Positions 26,888 through 37,291 of a DNA stretch of 55,919 nt are shown here, in pieces. This DNA comes from an uncultured virus (IMG/VR IMGVR_UViG_2061766007_004183) (lineage: Duplodnaviria; Heunggongvirae; Uroviricota; Caudoviricetes). Every line of letters begins with the position of its first letter. Within the stretch, counting starts at the first letter, position 1. A model generated the notes under the pieces. That model was not told the origin of the DNA. It worked only from the letters and a program-made list of their open reading frames with translations, and ran no database searches. Both the position numbers and the translations under genes were made by a program. The stretch lies in the IMG/VR virus record IMGVR_UViG_2061766007_004183; one strand, given 5' to 3'.

Positions 26888-28033
26888 ATGAAAAACGAAG
26901 TGTACGCGGATCGATTCAGTCAGTCGTTCAGCAGCCCGAAGGATTTCCTGGGCTTCCTGGACGAACGCGCAAGGAACAGCAGCTGGATGACAGCCTGTTC
27001 CAAAGATCTATCCTTTGAGGCGATGGACAGGCTCCCCACTCCTGAGGACGTCACCGCGCCGTTCGGCATCAGCAGCAGCGACGCCGTTCTCCTCGACACG
27101 TTGGAGAACACCAGCCTGCTTCTGAAGGTGAACGGTTACAGGTACCCGGTCCGCTCCTGCGCTCTGAAGACCGTTCTGGAAAGGGCCAGGATCTCGGGTC
27201 ATGCCCTGAACAAGGTATCGAAAGACGTGTTCGCGGAGATCCTGAACCTCTGTATGGGCGTGGCTTCCGGCGACAGCCTCATCCGCATCGCGGACGAGAA
27301 GGTCTCCGCCGTCCACGGCGGCGATCCCAAGGATTACGCCGTCATGGATATGCTGCCCCTGTTCCAGCACGTCTGCGAGTTCCTCGACCGTGAGTTTCCC
27401 GGGCATCAGTTCGTCACTGCACACTTTGAGCACGCAATGGCCACCGCAATCTGGCGGCTGGACGGCCAGTCGGATGAACTTCTGGACACATACCGCCGGG
27501 AAGTGGCGGCGAAGGGCCTGACCCCGTCCAGAATCGTTCCCGCGCTTCGCTTCACGACCTCCGACGTCGGCATGAGCGGAGCGAATCTGTACCCGATCTT
27601 CCTGCACGGGAACGGCGACCGGATCATCCCACTCGGCTATCCCGTCAAGACGGACCATCGCAACGGTGTGGATCTGGATTACTTCGACAGCCAGCTGCAT
27701 CTGCTCTACGCCAGGTTCCGCGATGCGGTCCAGGCTCAGACCAGGCTGCTGAATATCGAAATCCGGTATCCTTCGACCGCCATGATGGGTGTGCTGAAGA
27801 AGATCGGCGCACCGAAGAAGGCGAGCTATGAGGCTCTGGACTACTTTCTGGCGACGCACGGGGATACGCCCTGCACGGCGCATGAACTCTACACGCAAAT
27901 GAGCGACGTTATTTTCTCCGCCCAGTGTGAGGGTGCCACCGGTACCCGGATCGCGCAGCTGGAAGAGATCGTCGCCCGCGCCCTGCACGTCAACTGGAGC
28001 GATTACGATCGCCCCGGTGAATTCAAGTGGTGA
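26888..28033 (+). CDS. Hypothetical MGE protein (possibly DUF932-like)
   Basis: First gene of a coupled operon; LRFTTSD.G.S motif. Confidence 0.6.
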   Translation: MKNEVYADRFSQSFSSPKDFLGFLDERARNSSWMTACSKDLSFEAMDRLPTPEDVTAPFGISSSDAVLLDTLENTSLLLKVNGYRYPVRSCALKTVLERARISGHALNKVSKDVFAEILNLCMGVASGDSLIRIADEKVSAVHGGDPKDYAVMDMLPLFQHVCEFLDREFPGHQFVTAHFEHAMATAIWRLDGQSDELLDTYRREVAAKGLTPSRIVPALRFTTSDVGMSGANLYPIFLHGNGDRIIPLGYPVKTDHRNGVDLDYFDSQLHLLYARFRDAVQAQTRLLNIEIRYPSTAMMGVLKKIGAPKKASYEALDYFLATHGDTPCTAHELYTQMSDVIFSAQCEGATGTRIAQLEEIVARALHVNWSDYDRPGEFKW

Positions 28034-28038
28034 GCCGG

Positions 28039-28245
28039 ATGACGACCTATCGAATCCATCTTATCTGGTCCATGTACGGACACGTTGACGTGGAGGCCGA
28101 CAGTCAGGAACAGGCGATTGAAATCGCGCTCGGACCGAACTGCCCGCTTCCTGACGGTGAATATGTGGACGATTCCGTACAGGTGGACGACCTCATTGGA
28201 ATTGAAGCCTTCTGGCAAACGAAAGGAGTGAATGAGAATGCCTAA
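28039..28245 (+). CDS. Small hypothetical protein
   Basis: VEADSQEQAIEIA motif; coupled to neighbours. Confidence 0.6.
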   Translation: MTTYRIHLIWSMYGHVDVEADSQEQAIEIALGPNCPLPDGEYVDDSVQVDDLIGIEAFWQTKGVNENA

Positions 28246-28786
28246 TTGGGCAATGGGATCTGTTGAAGTGACCGGGAAAGCAGCCGGTGTCATTTCTTTT
28301 ATTGAGCGCTTTCTCGACTGGAACGACCGGGAAGTCCCCAAGAAGAAGTATTTCGCCCGGTCTATCGTTGATGAAGACCGCAGCACCCTTATTGAGCAGG
28401 TCAAGCACGAAGGCCGCAGGCGGCCCGAAAACGAAGATACCAGGATCGTGTTCGGTGCCAGCTTCGCATGGTCGGCGTATTCGTGCCTGATCAGCGGGTA
28501 TCCGCAGGAAGCTCCTGATAAACGCATTACTCTTGAACAGGCCTGCCGTGAAGACGAGGTCTCTGTCCAGATCTACACGGAGGAGCCTGGGATGTATTTC
28601 GAGGAAGCCTTACAATGCGATGCCGACGGGAACGTCGACTATTCGTGTGACGAACTGACCCAAGTTCGCTGCCGTCACTGCGGAGCGACTCAGGGCATTT
28701 CTTCACACGCAGACTTGGACGAAGTCGAATGCTACGAATGCGGCAAGAACGGCTTCGATTACGTGAGAGAACTGGAGGAAGCGTAA
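28232..28786 (+). CDS. Hypothetical protein with C-terminal zinc ribbon
   Basis: MPNW start, EEPG, CRHC..CYEC. Confidence 0.7.
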   Translation: MRMPNWAMGSVEVTGKAAGVISFIERFLDWNDREVPKKKYFARSIVDEDRSTLIEQVKHEGRRRPENEDTRIVFGASFAWSAYSCLISGYPQEAPDKRITLEQACREDEVSVQIYTEEPGMYFEEALQCDADGNVDYSCDELTQVRCRHCGATQGISSHADLDEVECYECGKNGFDYVRELEEA

Positions 28787-29827
28787 ATGGCACTGGATCT
28801 GAATTATGAGCCTGTCGCCCTGGTCGATACCACGAAGCTTACGAACGACGAGTGGCTCGATTGGCGCAGGAAAGGGATTGGCGGCAGTGACGTCGCTGCT
28901 ATTCTGAACCTGTCCCCCTACCGTACCGCGAGGGAGCTGTACTACGACAAGATCGGAGCTGCGCCTGCGATCGAAGAGGAGGACAAAAGCATCACCTTCG
29001 AGATTGGGCATCTGCTTGAAGACGTCGTGGCTCAGATCTTTGCGAAGAAAACCGGCCTCACCGTCTACGAGGACCACACGATGTACCAGCATCCGCTGTT
29101 CCCGTTCCTGATTGCGGACGTGGACAGATTCGTGCTGCTTCCGGACGGGAAAAGGGGACTGCTGGAATGCAAGACCTCCCACTATAACAACATGAAAACC
29201 GCGTGGTTCAACGGCGCGGTTCCCCGTTACTATGAGCTCCAGGTAAAGCACTACCTCTCGGTCATGAATCTGGATACGGCTTATATTGCCTGTCTGTTCA
29301 GCAATAATGAGAACGACTTCGTGTGGGCTAAGATCGACCGTGACCTGGAAGAAGAGGAGAGCACGATCCTGCAGCTTCAGGAATTCTGGGACCGTAACGT
29401 CCGGTCCCGTGTGGAGCCTCCGCTTGTGGAGAAGCCGGACCTGGTCCTGGAAAGCCTGCGACGTTATTACGGCAGTGCGGACAAGAGCGCACCGAAGCTC
29501 AGCCTCCGGCCGGGCTACGGTCCCACACTCGCTCAGATCTGTGACCTGAAGGACGAAAAGAAAGCGCTTGAGGCACAGGTCCGGGCTCTGGATCAGAGAA
29601 TCAAAACGCTGTATGCGCCGATCGTGAACGAAATGGGCACCGCGTGTACCGCCTCGTGCGAAGACGGCGGAGAAATCTACAGCGTCTCTTACAGTCCCCA
29701 GTATCGCGAAGGGATCTGCAAAGACCGCCTGTCGGCTCTGAAGGCACAGTATCCAGAAGTCTACGACGATTTCGTTGAAAGGACGGAAACCCGCATTTTT
29801 AAAGTTACCAGGGATCGGGTCTCCTGA
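28787..29827 (+). CDS. YqaJ-like viral recombinase (lambda-type exonuclease)
   Basis: WL.WRRKGIGGSD, GHLLE, HP..PFL.ADVD, LECKT, YELQV.HYL. Confidence 0.92.
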   Translation: MALDLNYEPVALVDTTKLTNDEWLDWRRKGIGGSDVAAILNLSPYRTARELYYDKIGAAPAIEEEDKSITFEIGHLLEDVVAQIFAKKTGLTVYEDHTMYQHPLFPFLIADVDRFVLLPDGKRGLLECKTSHYNNMKTAWFNGAVPRYYELQVKHYLSVMNLDTAYIACLFSNNENDFVWAKIDRDLEEEESTILQLQEFWDRNVRSRVEPPLVEKPDLVLESLRRYYGSADKSAPKLSLRPGYGPTLAQICDLKDEKKALEAQVRALDQRIKTLYAPIVNEMGTACTASCEDGGEIYSVSYSPQYREGICKDRLSALKAQYPEVYDDFVERTETRIFKVTRDRVS

Positions 29828-29840
29828 GGAGGTTCGGTTC

Positions 29841-32051
29841 ATGAAATGCAGATTTGAGCGGGCGATTTTCCAATCGGCAGCCGGATACTGTGTGTTCTCC
29901 TACAATACCGCGGACAGCTCCGTTCCGGCAGCAGCCCGTACAAACCGTTACTATTCGGATCGGAAAATCCACTTTACCGCCACAGGAGTCAATCTGCCTG
30001 CGACGGACGCGATCGAGGTGGAGCTGGACGGCACCTGGGTGAATTCAAAATACGGTCTCCAGCTGTCTGTTACGGGTATCCGGCAGCTTGCACCCACGAA
30101 TATCGCGGACATGGAAGCCTATCTGTGCTGCGGCCTGATCAAAGGGATCGGGCCTGAAACGGCGAAGGCTATCGTGTCCCGGTTCGGGGCGGACTCGCTG
30201 GAGATCCTGGACAAAAAGCCTGAAGAACTGCTCACGGTAAAAGGCATTGCGGACACAAAACTGAGGCGGATCGTGGACTCCTATCAGGAGACCAAAACGC
30301 TCAGCGAGCTGATGCTCTTCCTCGCGCCCTACGGTGTGTCGACGAAAAAGGCGGCTCTGATCCGGGACAGTTTCGGAGATGACAGCCTGAGGATCGTTAA
30401 GGAGGATCCGTTCCAGCTCTGCCGCGTCAAGGGCTTCGGCTTCATGACCGTCGACAGTATCGCGAGAAAAACGAAGGTCAGCCTGAAGCATCCGCTGCGG
30501 TATTCCGGCGCGGTGAATTATGTGCTTGATGAGGCAAGGCTCTCCGGAGATCTGTTCCTCAGTGAAAAGGAAACGGTCAGCAGATGCCATGAGCTTCTGA
30601 ACCGCGGCTGCGGGGAGGAAGTCGTATCGGAGCAGGAGATCAAAGCCGCGCTCACAAACGAGCGCCTGGAATCGCGGGTATACGTCGACGGTTCCAGGGT
30701 CTACCTCAGTTATGAACGCATGTGCGAAGTGAAAACGGCGAAACGGGTTGTCTCCATGCTGTTGGATGAAGACTTCCGGCCAATAGCGAATCTGCAGGAC
30801 CGAATCACAGCGGTGGAGGCCAGGCTGGCACAGGAACTGTCGCAGTCTCAAAGGCAGGCGGTGGAACTTTGCCTGTCACATCCCTTGTCGATCATGACAG
30901 GCGGACCCGGCACCGGCAAGACGACTACGCTCCGGTTCATACTGGAGATCTACCGGCAGGCCAGGCCCGGATGGGAGATACTTCTCGCCGCGCCGACCGG
31001 CCGGGCCAGCAGGAGGATGGAAGAGCAGACCGGTGTGCCGGCATCGACGATTCATTCCGCACTCGGCCTGATCACCGATGACGACTCATTCCTAAACGAC
31101 GATTCGCTTCTGTCGGCCGATCTGGTCGTGATCGACGAGTTCAGCATGGTGGATATGCGGCTTGCCTACGCTTTGTTTTCAAGGCTCAAGCCCGGCTGCC
31201 AGATGATCATCGTCGGTGATGCGGACCAGCTTCCGTCAGTCGGTGCCGGCAATGTGCTCCGGGAGTTCATTCGCTGCGGTCTTATCCCGACTGCGGCGCT
31301 GGACACGGTATTCCGGCAGGCACACAACAGCAGGATCGCAGTCAACGCACAGGCCGTCAATCACAACGACACCCACCTCCAATACGGAGAAGACTTTCAG
31401 ATTCTGGAGGCAAACGATGCGGAGGAGGCTGCCCAGCTGGTGATCCGCAACTACCTCAGCGAGATCGGCATACACGGGACAGAGGGCGTTCAGATCCTGA
31501 CGCCGTTCCGTAAGAAGGGCGCGGTAAGCGCAAATGCACTCAATGAGAAGTTGCGGGAACTGGTCAATCCGGCGGACAAGTCGAAACCGGAGGTGAAATC
31601 CGGCGCTAAGGTCTACCGAGTCGGGGACAGGATCATCCAGACCTGTAACCGGAACGGCGTTTCCAACGGAGACGTCGGCTTTATTTTCGGGATCCGGGAT
31701 AATGACGGTGAACCTGAAATCCAGATCCGGCTGCTCGACGGGCGCGAACTCACCTATACGCTGGACATGATGGAGGATACGGACCTTTCCTACTGCCTGA
31801 CGATCCACAAGTCCCAGGGCAGCGAGTACCCGTCCGTGATCATACCCCTTCTGAAAGAACACTATATCATGCTGCACCGGAACCTGCTCTATACTGCGAT
31901 CACCAGAGCCAAAGAGAAGGTGATCCTGATCGGACAGAAGCAGGCGGTGTATATGGCGATCCACAAATGCGACGTGGATGAGCGGAACACAGTACTGGCA
32001 GACCGGATCAATGCGTATTACGACCGCGAGGTCCGGAGGTGTGCCAGCTGA
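29841..32051 (+). CDS. recD2: RecD2-like SF1B DNA helicase
   Basis: IKGIG HhH motifs, TGGPGTGKTT, APTGRA, IDEFSM, GD.DQLPSVG, TIHKSQGSEY, YTAITRAK. Confidence 0.92.
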   Translation: MKCRFERAIFQSAAGYCVFSYNTADSSVPAAARTNRYYSDRKIHFTATGVNLPATDAIEVELDGTWVNSKYGLQLSVTGIRQLAPTNIADMEAYLCCGLIKGIGPETAKAIVSRFGADSLEILDKKPEELLTVKGIADTKLRRIVDSYQETKTLSELMLFLAPYGVSTKKAALIRDSFGDDSLRIVKEDPFQLCRVKGFGFMTVDSIARKTKVSLKHPLRYSGAVNYVLDEARLSGDLFLSEKETVSRCHELLNRGCGEEVVSEQEIKAALTNERLESRVYVDGSRVYLSYERMCEVKTAKRVVSMLLDEDFRPIANLQDRITAVEARLAQELSQSQRQAVELCLSHPLSIMTGGPGTGKTTTLRFILEIYRQARPGWEILLAAPTGRASRRMEEQTGVPASTIHSALGLITDDDSFLNDDSLLSADLVVIDEFSMVDMRLAYALFSRLKPGCQMIIVGDADQLPSVGAGNVLREFIRCGLIPTAALDTVFRQAHNSRIAVNAQAVNHNDTHLQYGEDFQILEANDAEEAAQLVIRNYLSEIGIHGTEGVQILTPFRKKGAVSANALNEKLRELVNPADKSKPEVKSGAKVYRVGDRIIQTCNRNGVSNGDVGFIFGIRDNDGEPEIQIRLLDGRELTYTLDMMEDTDLSYCLTIHKSQGSEYPSVIIPLLKEHYIMLHRNLLYTAITRAKEKVILIGQKQAVYMAIHKCDVDERNTVLADRINAYYDREVRRCAS

Positions 32052-32118
32052 ACTGAAAAGCGGTACAGGGGAGCCGCAGTGCCCCCTGTACCTGAATTCA
32101 ATGATGAGGAGAATTAAC

Positions 32119-32874
32119 ATGAGCGAAATGAATGCCAAAGCGATCCAGACGATCAACTGTGTGGATGGATTCAATCCTGCGGACTATGTCCGCGTGACTA
32201 CCGATGAGAACGGAAACAGCGATGCCTATCTGGAAGCGAAGTTCCGTATTCTCTGGTTCAGGCTGCATCATCCCGAAGGGAAACTGGATCCTGAGATCGT
32301 TCATCTGGACGAAAGGTCTGCGTGCGTCTGCTGCCGTGTGTATGCGAACAAGTCTGACCCGCCTGAGCATTATATCGGGAAGGCCTATTCCCACCGCTTC
32401 AGCAGCCAGGATACGCCGTTCGGGGACCGATTCCTCGAAGTGGCGGAGACGATTGCGAAAGGACGGGCGCTCGCCGACGCTGGGTACGGAACGCAGTTCT
32501 GCTTCAGCGGTGACACGAATACGGCGGAGATCGCTGATTCGCCTGTCCGGCTGCCGCAGGAAGACGCCGATGAACGGCCTGTCGTTCCGACTGCCCCGGC
32601 GGCTGCAGCACCCGCTCCGACTCCTGTTCAGGCACCTGCCTCGAAACCCGAACAGCCAAAAACGCTCCAGGAGCTCATCAGCACAATGAGCGTTGAGGAG
32701 GCGAAGGCAGTACGGGTGGACGTCGGCAGGTATGCCGGCCGCACGCTTGGCGAGATCGCTATGCTTCAGCCTGCGGATCTGTCCTGGTACGTGAAGAACT
32801 ACGCCGGGCGGAATCTGGCACTCAAGGCTGGTGCGACTGTCCTGATGAACGAAGTCGAGAAAATGGCAGGCTGA
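32119..32874 (+). CDS. Putative Rad52/Sak-like single-strand annealing protein
   Basis: YL..K.R..WFR..HPEG, AET.A.GRALA.AG.G, Pro/Ala linker; in an operon with YqaJ. Confidence 0.55.
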   Translation: MSEMNAKAIQTINCVDGFNPADYVRVTTDENGNSDAYLEAKFRILWFRLHHPEGKLDPEIVHLDERSACVCCRVYANKSDPPEHYIGKAYSHRFSSQDTPFGDRFLEVAETIAKGRALADAGYGTQFCFSGDTNTAEIADSPVRLPQEDADERPVVPTAPAAAAPAPTPVQAPASKPEQPKTLQELISTMSVEEAKAVRVDVGRYAGRTLGEIAMLQPADLSWYVKNYAGRNLALKAGATVLMNEVEKMAG

Positions 32875-32899
32875 CGGCCCGCAGAGAAGGTGACTGAGA

Positions 32900-33991
32900 A
32901 TGGGCAAGCTGAAGAACCTACCCTGCAGTATTGGGCAGGTGATCGACCTGCTCGGTATCGAAGTGGTCCGGAGGACCGCGACCCAATGGCATTGCAGGTG
33001 CCCTTTCTGCAGCGACCGGAAAGCCCACATGAACGTCCTGCTCAGCGATGATGTATATCGGTGCAACCGATGCGGCAGAGGTGGGGGCTTACTCCACCTC
33101 TACGCGGAATACTGCAGTATTGACCGAAGCACCGCATATGAAGAGCTTTGCAGGATATTCAGCCAGGGCGTAGAGCCGGTACCGCCTGAACGGACCTGTA
33201 CAGTGGAGACAGGAGAACGGACGGTAGCTGATGCAGAAGTGCGGGACAATACCTATACCAATCTGCTTTCTCTTCTGAGCTTGTGTCCGACGCATCAGGA
33301 ATCTCTGATGTCCAGAGGGCTCAGCCTTGCTGAGATTGAGCTGCTGGGATACCGCACGACGCCGACAACGCGCCTGAACAAAATCGTGACCGAACTCTTG
33401 GAGCGAGGCTGCGTGCTTTCCGGAGTACCCGGCTTCTACTGCGAACGTGAAAGCGGACGCTGGGTTTTGGACATCCGAGGATCCGGGATCATGCTGCCCG
33501 ACCGGAATCAGTTCGGCCAGATAGAAGCGATCCAGATTCGCCTCGACAATGCCGAACGCAGCAAATTCTATAACTTGACCAGTACGGATCAGTACTACGG
33601 CACTAAAGCACACTGCTGTGCGCATTTTGTCGGAGTGAGCGGCGAAGATCACGACGAAACCGTCTGTCTCACCGAAGGCATCATGAAAGCAGACATCGCC
33701 TATTTCCTCTCACACCGCGTCGGATACCCTCATGGCTTTGTCGGCCTCACGGGCGTGTCAAATAAGTCGCAGCTTACAGCAGCGTTCACCGCGTTGAGCA
33801 GCTTGGGAAAAAGCAGGATCCTCGTAATGTACGACTCTGACTATCTGAAAAACGATGCGGTCAGACAGCTTCGGGATCATGCGATCACTGCCGGTGCTGA
33901 GTACGGTTTTGAGATGGTCCCGGTCACCTGGGATCCGAATCTCAAGGGGATCGACGATCTGCTGAAGGCGAAGCTTGGCGGTCACCGATGA
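32900..33991 (+). CDS. DNA primase-like protein (CHC2 zinc finger plus Toprim-like)
   Basis: CPFC..H......C..C; LTEG..KAD; YDSD; KGIDD. Confidence 0.85.
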   Translation: MGKLKNLPCSIGQVIDLLGIEVVRRTATQWHCRCPFCSDRKAHMNVLLSDDVYRCNRCGRGGGLLHLYAEYCSIDRSTAYEELCRIFSQGVEPVPPERTCTVETGERTVADAEVRDNTYTNLLSLLSLCPTHQESLMSRGLSLAEIELLGYRTTPTTRLNKIVTELLERGCVLSGVPGFYCERESGRWVLDIRGSGIMLPDRNQFGQIEAIQIRLDNAERSKFYNLTSTDQYYGTKAHCCAHFVGVSGEDHDETVCLTEGIMKADIAYFLSHRVGYPHGFVGLTGVSNKSQLTAAFTALSSLGKSRILVMYDSDYLKNDAVRQLRDHAITAGAEYGFEMVPVTWDPNLKGIDDLLKAKLGGHR

Positions 33992-34071
33992 GCGTCAAGA
34001 AGGCCAAATTGGAAACATGTTTCCGCCAGGTTCGGTAAAACAGAAATCAATAATCTAGAAGGAGAATTACC

Positions 34072-34284
34072 ATGATCGAAGAAGTCAAAAACACAGTGAC
34101 CAAGAACGAAGATACCCGTCCGCTGCTCCTGCATGTGGAGGACCTGATTCCGATTCTGGGTATCAGCCGCAGCGCTGCGTACACACTGGTCCGCAAAAGC
34201 GAGATCCGCTCCGTGCGGATCGGTCGCAGCATCCGCATCCCCAGGGGTGCTCTGGACGAATTTGTCCGGAAACTGTGCGAATAA
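34072..34284 (+). CDS. Excisionase-type HTH protein
   Basis: ILGISRS.AY.LV....I.SVRIGRSIRIP. Confidence 0.88.
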   Translation: MIEEVKNTVTKNEDTRPLLLHVEDLIPILGISRSAAYTLVRKSEIRSVRIGRSIRIPRGALDEFVRKLCE

Positions 34285-34338
34285 CCATTTTGCCAATAAG
34301 AACCGCAACCATTAGTAATCTCACTCAATCTTACAGAT

Positions 34339-34391
34339 GAACACCCCGGAAACCAATCGTTTGTGATTGGCTCCGGGGTGTTCGGCTTTTT
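34339..34391. terminator. Terminator-like hairpin between convergent genes
   Basis: GAACACCCCGGA...TCCGGGGTGTTC. Confidence 0.6.
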
Positions 34392-34474
34392 AAGGAAAAA
34401 CATCCTGCATAACCCCCATTTAGAATAGCTGAAAGAGGGGTTACATAGGATCCGGACTCTAAACGGGCCGGTAC

Positions 34475-35485
34475 TTACTCTTTTACCGGATGGATGGTGA
34501 TGATATTGTCATCTATATCATCTGCATGGATGAAAGTCGGAGCGGTCCATTTCAGAATGAGTTTCCGATCTCCGTCCTTTGGTCCTGTCCAATAGTGGTG
34601 CCAGTGTCCTCTTCTGGAGTGTGGACGCTTAGCGCTTCCAGTCCCTCTGTCTGCGTCAAGGTCGGCCGGCGGCTTTCTCCGTGCCTTCCTTATGGCAGCT
34701 CCTATACGGATTCCTACTGAAAAAGACTTGACCTCACGTGCCTTGTCTGTGATGGTCATAACCTTTTTGTGCCTATCACTCTCAGGGATATGCACTTCAG
34801 GAGGGTCTTCTCGGATATCCGCATTCGATGCGCAAAGGTAAAGGACAAACTGAAGAGCTGTGATGACCATTCCCGCGATTTCTGTAACGGGTTTAGCCTC
34901 AATTATTGCAGGTTCTCCGAGGTTTTCTTTCGTGCGCTCAATGGTGTCCCAAACGCAATCGTGTATGGTAGATCCGGGCATAAGATGCATAACCTGGGCA
35001 AATGACATCTCAAAGCTGGAAATCACCCATTGAATCCGGAGTTCAGTTGTGCCGTGGTTTGCGTCATAGTCCACCCAATAGAAAAAGCCGTCTAAATCCT
35101 CCACCAGCCCCGGAGCCTTGACGTAAACTATCGGATAAGGCGGATGAAGAAGCAGATCTGCCGGGAGGATGTCCGTCTCCTCTGTTTCCTTGGCCTGCTC
35201 TGCCAAGGTAGCTGTAAGCTCGGGATCAAAAGAGAAGATAATTTTGTTTTTCCGCCAGAGATAACACGCCGTCAGTTCAGGGGCTCCAGCCGCCGCAGTT
35301 ACCTCAGATTCCCCGGTTTCAACCAGATAGGTAAAAGCAGCATTGATAGGAAGCTCGCAATAATCCGGCCAGTCGATCTGGCCTTCGGCTTTTGCGCCTT
35401 TCAGATGATCAAGCGTTTCGTAGCACCCGGGAAGCATTTTCGGCCATAATCGGACGAGCTTGAGAGGGGTTTCCTTGTCTTTCAT
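34475..35485 (-). CDS. AcrVA2/FinQ-like protein
   Basis: DWPDYC.LP, W.K.K.IF.FD, LYLCA.NAD, RPHSRRGHWHHYW.G....LILKW.AP. Confidence 0.65.
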   Translation of the reverse strand: MKDKETPLKLVRLWPKMLPGCYETLDHLKGAKAEGQIDWPDYCELPINAAFTYLVETGESEVTAAAGAPELTACYLWRKNKIIFSFDPELTATLAEQAKETEETDILPADLLLHPPYPIVYVKAPGLVEDLDGFFYWVDYDANHGTTELRIQWVISSFEMSFAQVMHLMPGSTIHDCVWDTIERTKENLGEPAIIEAKPVTEIAGMVITALQFVLYLCASNADIREDPPEVHIPESDRHKKVMTITDKAREVKSFSVGIRIGAAIRKARRKPPADLDADRGTGSAKRPHSRRGHWHHYWTGPKDGDRKLILKWTAPTFIHADDIDDNIITIHPVKE

Positions 35486-35702
35486 GCCAGTAGCCCTTTC
35501 GCTTCTGAGGTCAGTTTTAATTCATTTTACAATAACTGAATCTAATAATCCATACTGGAGATTTGCCAAAAAGGACAGTATTCGTCGTGCTTAACGATTC
35601 ATCTAACGCAGAATGTGAAGGCACATAAGCCTGAGACGGTGTCACTTAGGAGCAGATAACGATCATGAGATTGGTTCCCCAGCATGCATTGCTATAGACT
35701 GA

Positions 35703-36134
35703 TTAGGCTAATGGTTCCAAGTTTCTAAGGGAACGCATGACGTTGGTTATCCGTTTATCCCAGTCTATCGCATCATCCAAAGCGCAGCTGAGCTCTTGGG
35801 CATGTTTTGGGCTTCTCACACTGTCTTTGCGGAAAATCACAGGAGTTTCTCCGCAAAAACACTGGTGGACCCAATAATTCCGAGTCTTTCGCAGGTTTTC
35901 CAGAGCCTCAAAATCCTTATCGGAAAACAGAGCCATTTGTTTTTGAGATTGAAGCGACTTTATCTGCATTACCAGTTTTCCGAACGGATCAGATTCATAG
36001 TCATTGAGCCGATCATACCAATCTCTTTCCTGATCTGCGAGGATTTCTGCGCAAATACCTTTCAGATGCATCTCAATATACTGATAGTACTCTATCAGCT
36101 CGCTGTGTTTTTCGCGAAACTCTGCTTTGGTCAC
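35703..36134 (-). CDS. Small HEPN-like protein
   Basis: Q.IE..LK, FGKLV, L..LR..RNYWVH (RxxxxH). Confidence 0.5.
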   Translation of the reverse strand: MTKAEFREKHSELIEYYQYIEMHLKGICAEILADQERDWYDRLNDYESDPFGKLVMQIKSLQSQKQMALFSDKDFEALENLRKTRNYWVHQCFCGETPVIFRKDSVRSPKHAQELSCALDDAIDWDKRITNVMRSLRNLEPLA

Positions 36135-36476
36135 TTGTTTCCCTCACAATCTTCGCTCCAAAGAGATCATACTCAGCCTTGAATCTCATTTCATGTTCTA
36201 TCGGATTAAGCTCGACCCAGTTCCCGTTCATCCCGAACACCCGCGTTTTTGTGTTGCGTTTCGACACGCTCTGTGCTATGCTTCACACACGGGCACCGAT
36301 GACCTTTGTTGTGCTGCATCGTTGCGTGGGCGCGAATGTACTCCACGGCCACTCGTTGGCTAATATATGCCGTCATCGGGTAGGGGTGCAGGAGCAGACC
36401 CACGGTTAAAAAGGGATGTACCAGTGTCATAGGCTGCTTCGGCAGATGCCCACGGGTAGCACTTATATCCACAGGT

Positions 36477-36503
36477 AAACCGGCTTCGAGAAGAGCCGGT
36501 TTT
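36477..36503. terminator. Terminator hairpin
   Basis: AAACCGGCT/AGCCGGTTT. Confidence 0.55.
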
Positions 36504-36531
36504 ATCTATTTGCCAGAATGGGTTCTAGACC

Positions 36532-37233
36532 TCATCTGCTTTCATGATTTGCCTTGGAGAATGGGCACCTCTTGCCGATACACTGATTGTTTTGCGCAGA
36601 ATAACTGCATACGATCTCCGGCTTTTCCATCTCTATTCCAAAGTGTTCTTTTACGAAGTCGATAGCAGACAGAACAGAAAGATAGGAGTCTCTTTTGCAG
36701 CAGCGTGGACCGCCTATTTCACCTATTTTGCCAAGCGAGAGTGCCGTCATCTTGTGGGAAAGCGCAAACGGTTCGTTCGTAAGCGGGGTGGACTTGGAGA
36801 TGATGGATACAAACATCCCAGAACTGATTCCAGCCCCACATGCGCCCCAGAATCCGCACGCACCGCCGGGAACGCTTTTCCCGCGATTGATCATCTCCGC
36901 CAGCGTTTCCGAAAGATTGATATTTCCTCCCGCATTATTGTATGCGGTCAGCAACGCAGCACCGACCATAACATGGTGTTCCGGTCCGTTCATGTGGCAA
37001 AACGGCATAGCCATCATTTTGTCGAGAATCGCAACTGGATTCTTTGATTCTTCTTCAAGGCATAAACCGATTATGCTGTCAAGTCCGCGTGTATGGCACT
37101 CGTTGCATACGTAGTGACCTTTGACGCATCTCGTCTTGCTGTTTTCCCGTTTATGACATATTTCACACTCCATAAGAACATCCGACTCCAGATATTCAAG
37201 AGGTGCTTTGCATATCAGGCATTCTTCTCTCAT
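36532..37233 (-). CDS. Cys-rich DUF5714-like protein
   Basis: CLIC, C..C, GHYVCNECH, GPEHH, GG.CGFWG.CG, GPRCCKR. Confidence 0.75.
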   Translation of the reverse strand: MREECLICKAPLEYLESDVLMECEICHKRENSKTRCVKGHYVCNECHTRGLDSIIGLCLEEESKNPVAILDKMMAMPFCHMNGPEHHVMVGAALLTAYNNAGGNINLSETLAEMINRGKSVPGGACGFWGACGAGISSGMFVSIISKSTPLTNEPFALSHKMTALSLGKIGEIGGPRCCKRDSYLSVLSAIDFVKEHFGIEMEKPEIVCSYSAQNNQCIGKRCPFSKANHESR

Positions 37234-37291
37234 AGAGTTTTCCCCTTTACGAACCGGAAGGCTTTCCTCTTGCCAGGCGTTTCATCATCCG

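Noticed and set aside
36140..36472. Short ORFs 36073-36267 and 36206-36472
   Set aside because: No convincing RBS or motif; they overlap each other and the first overlaps the HEPN-like gene
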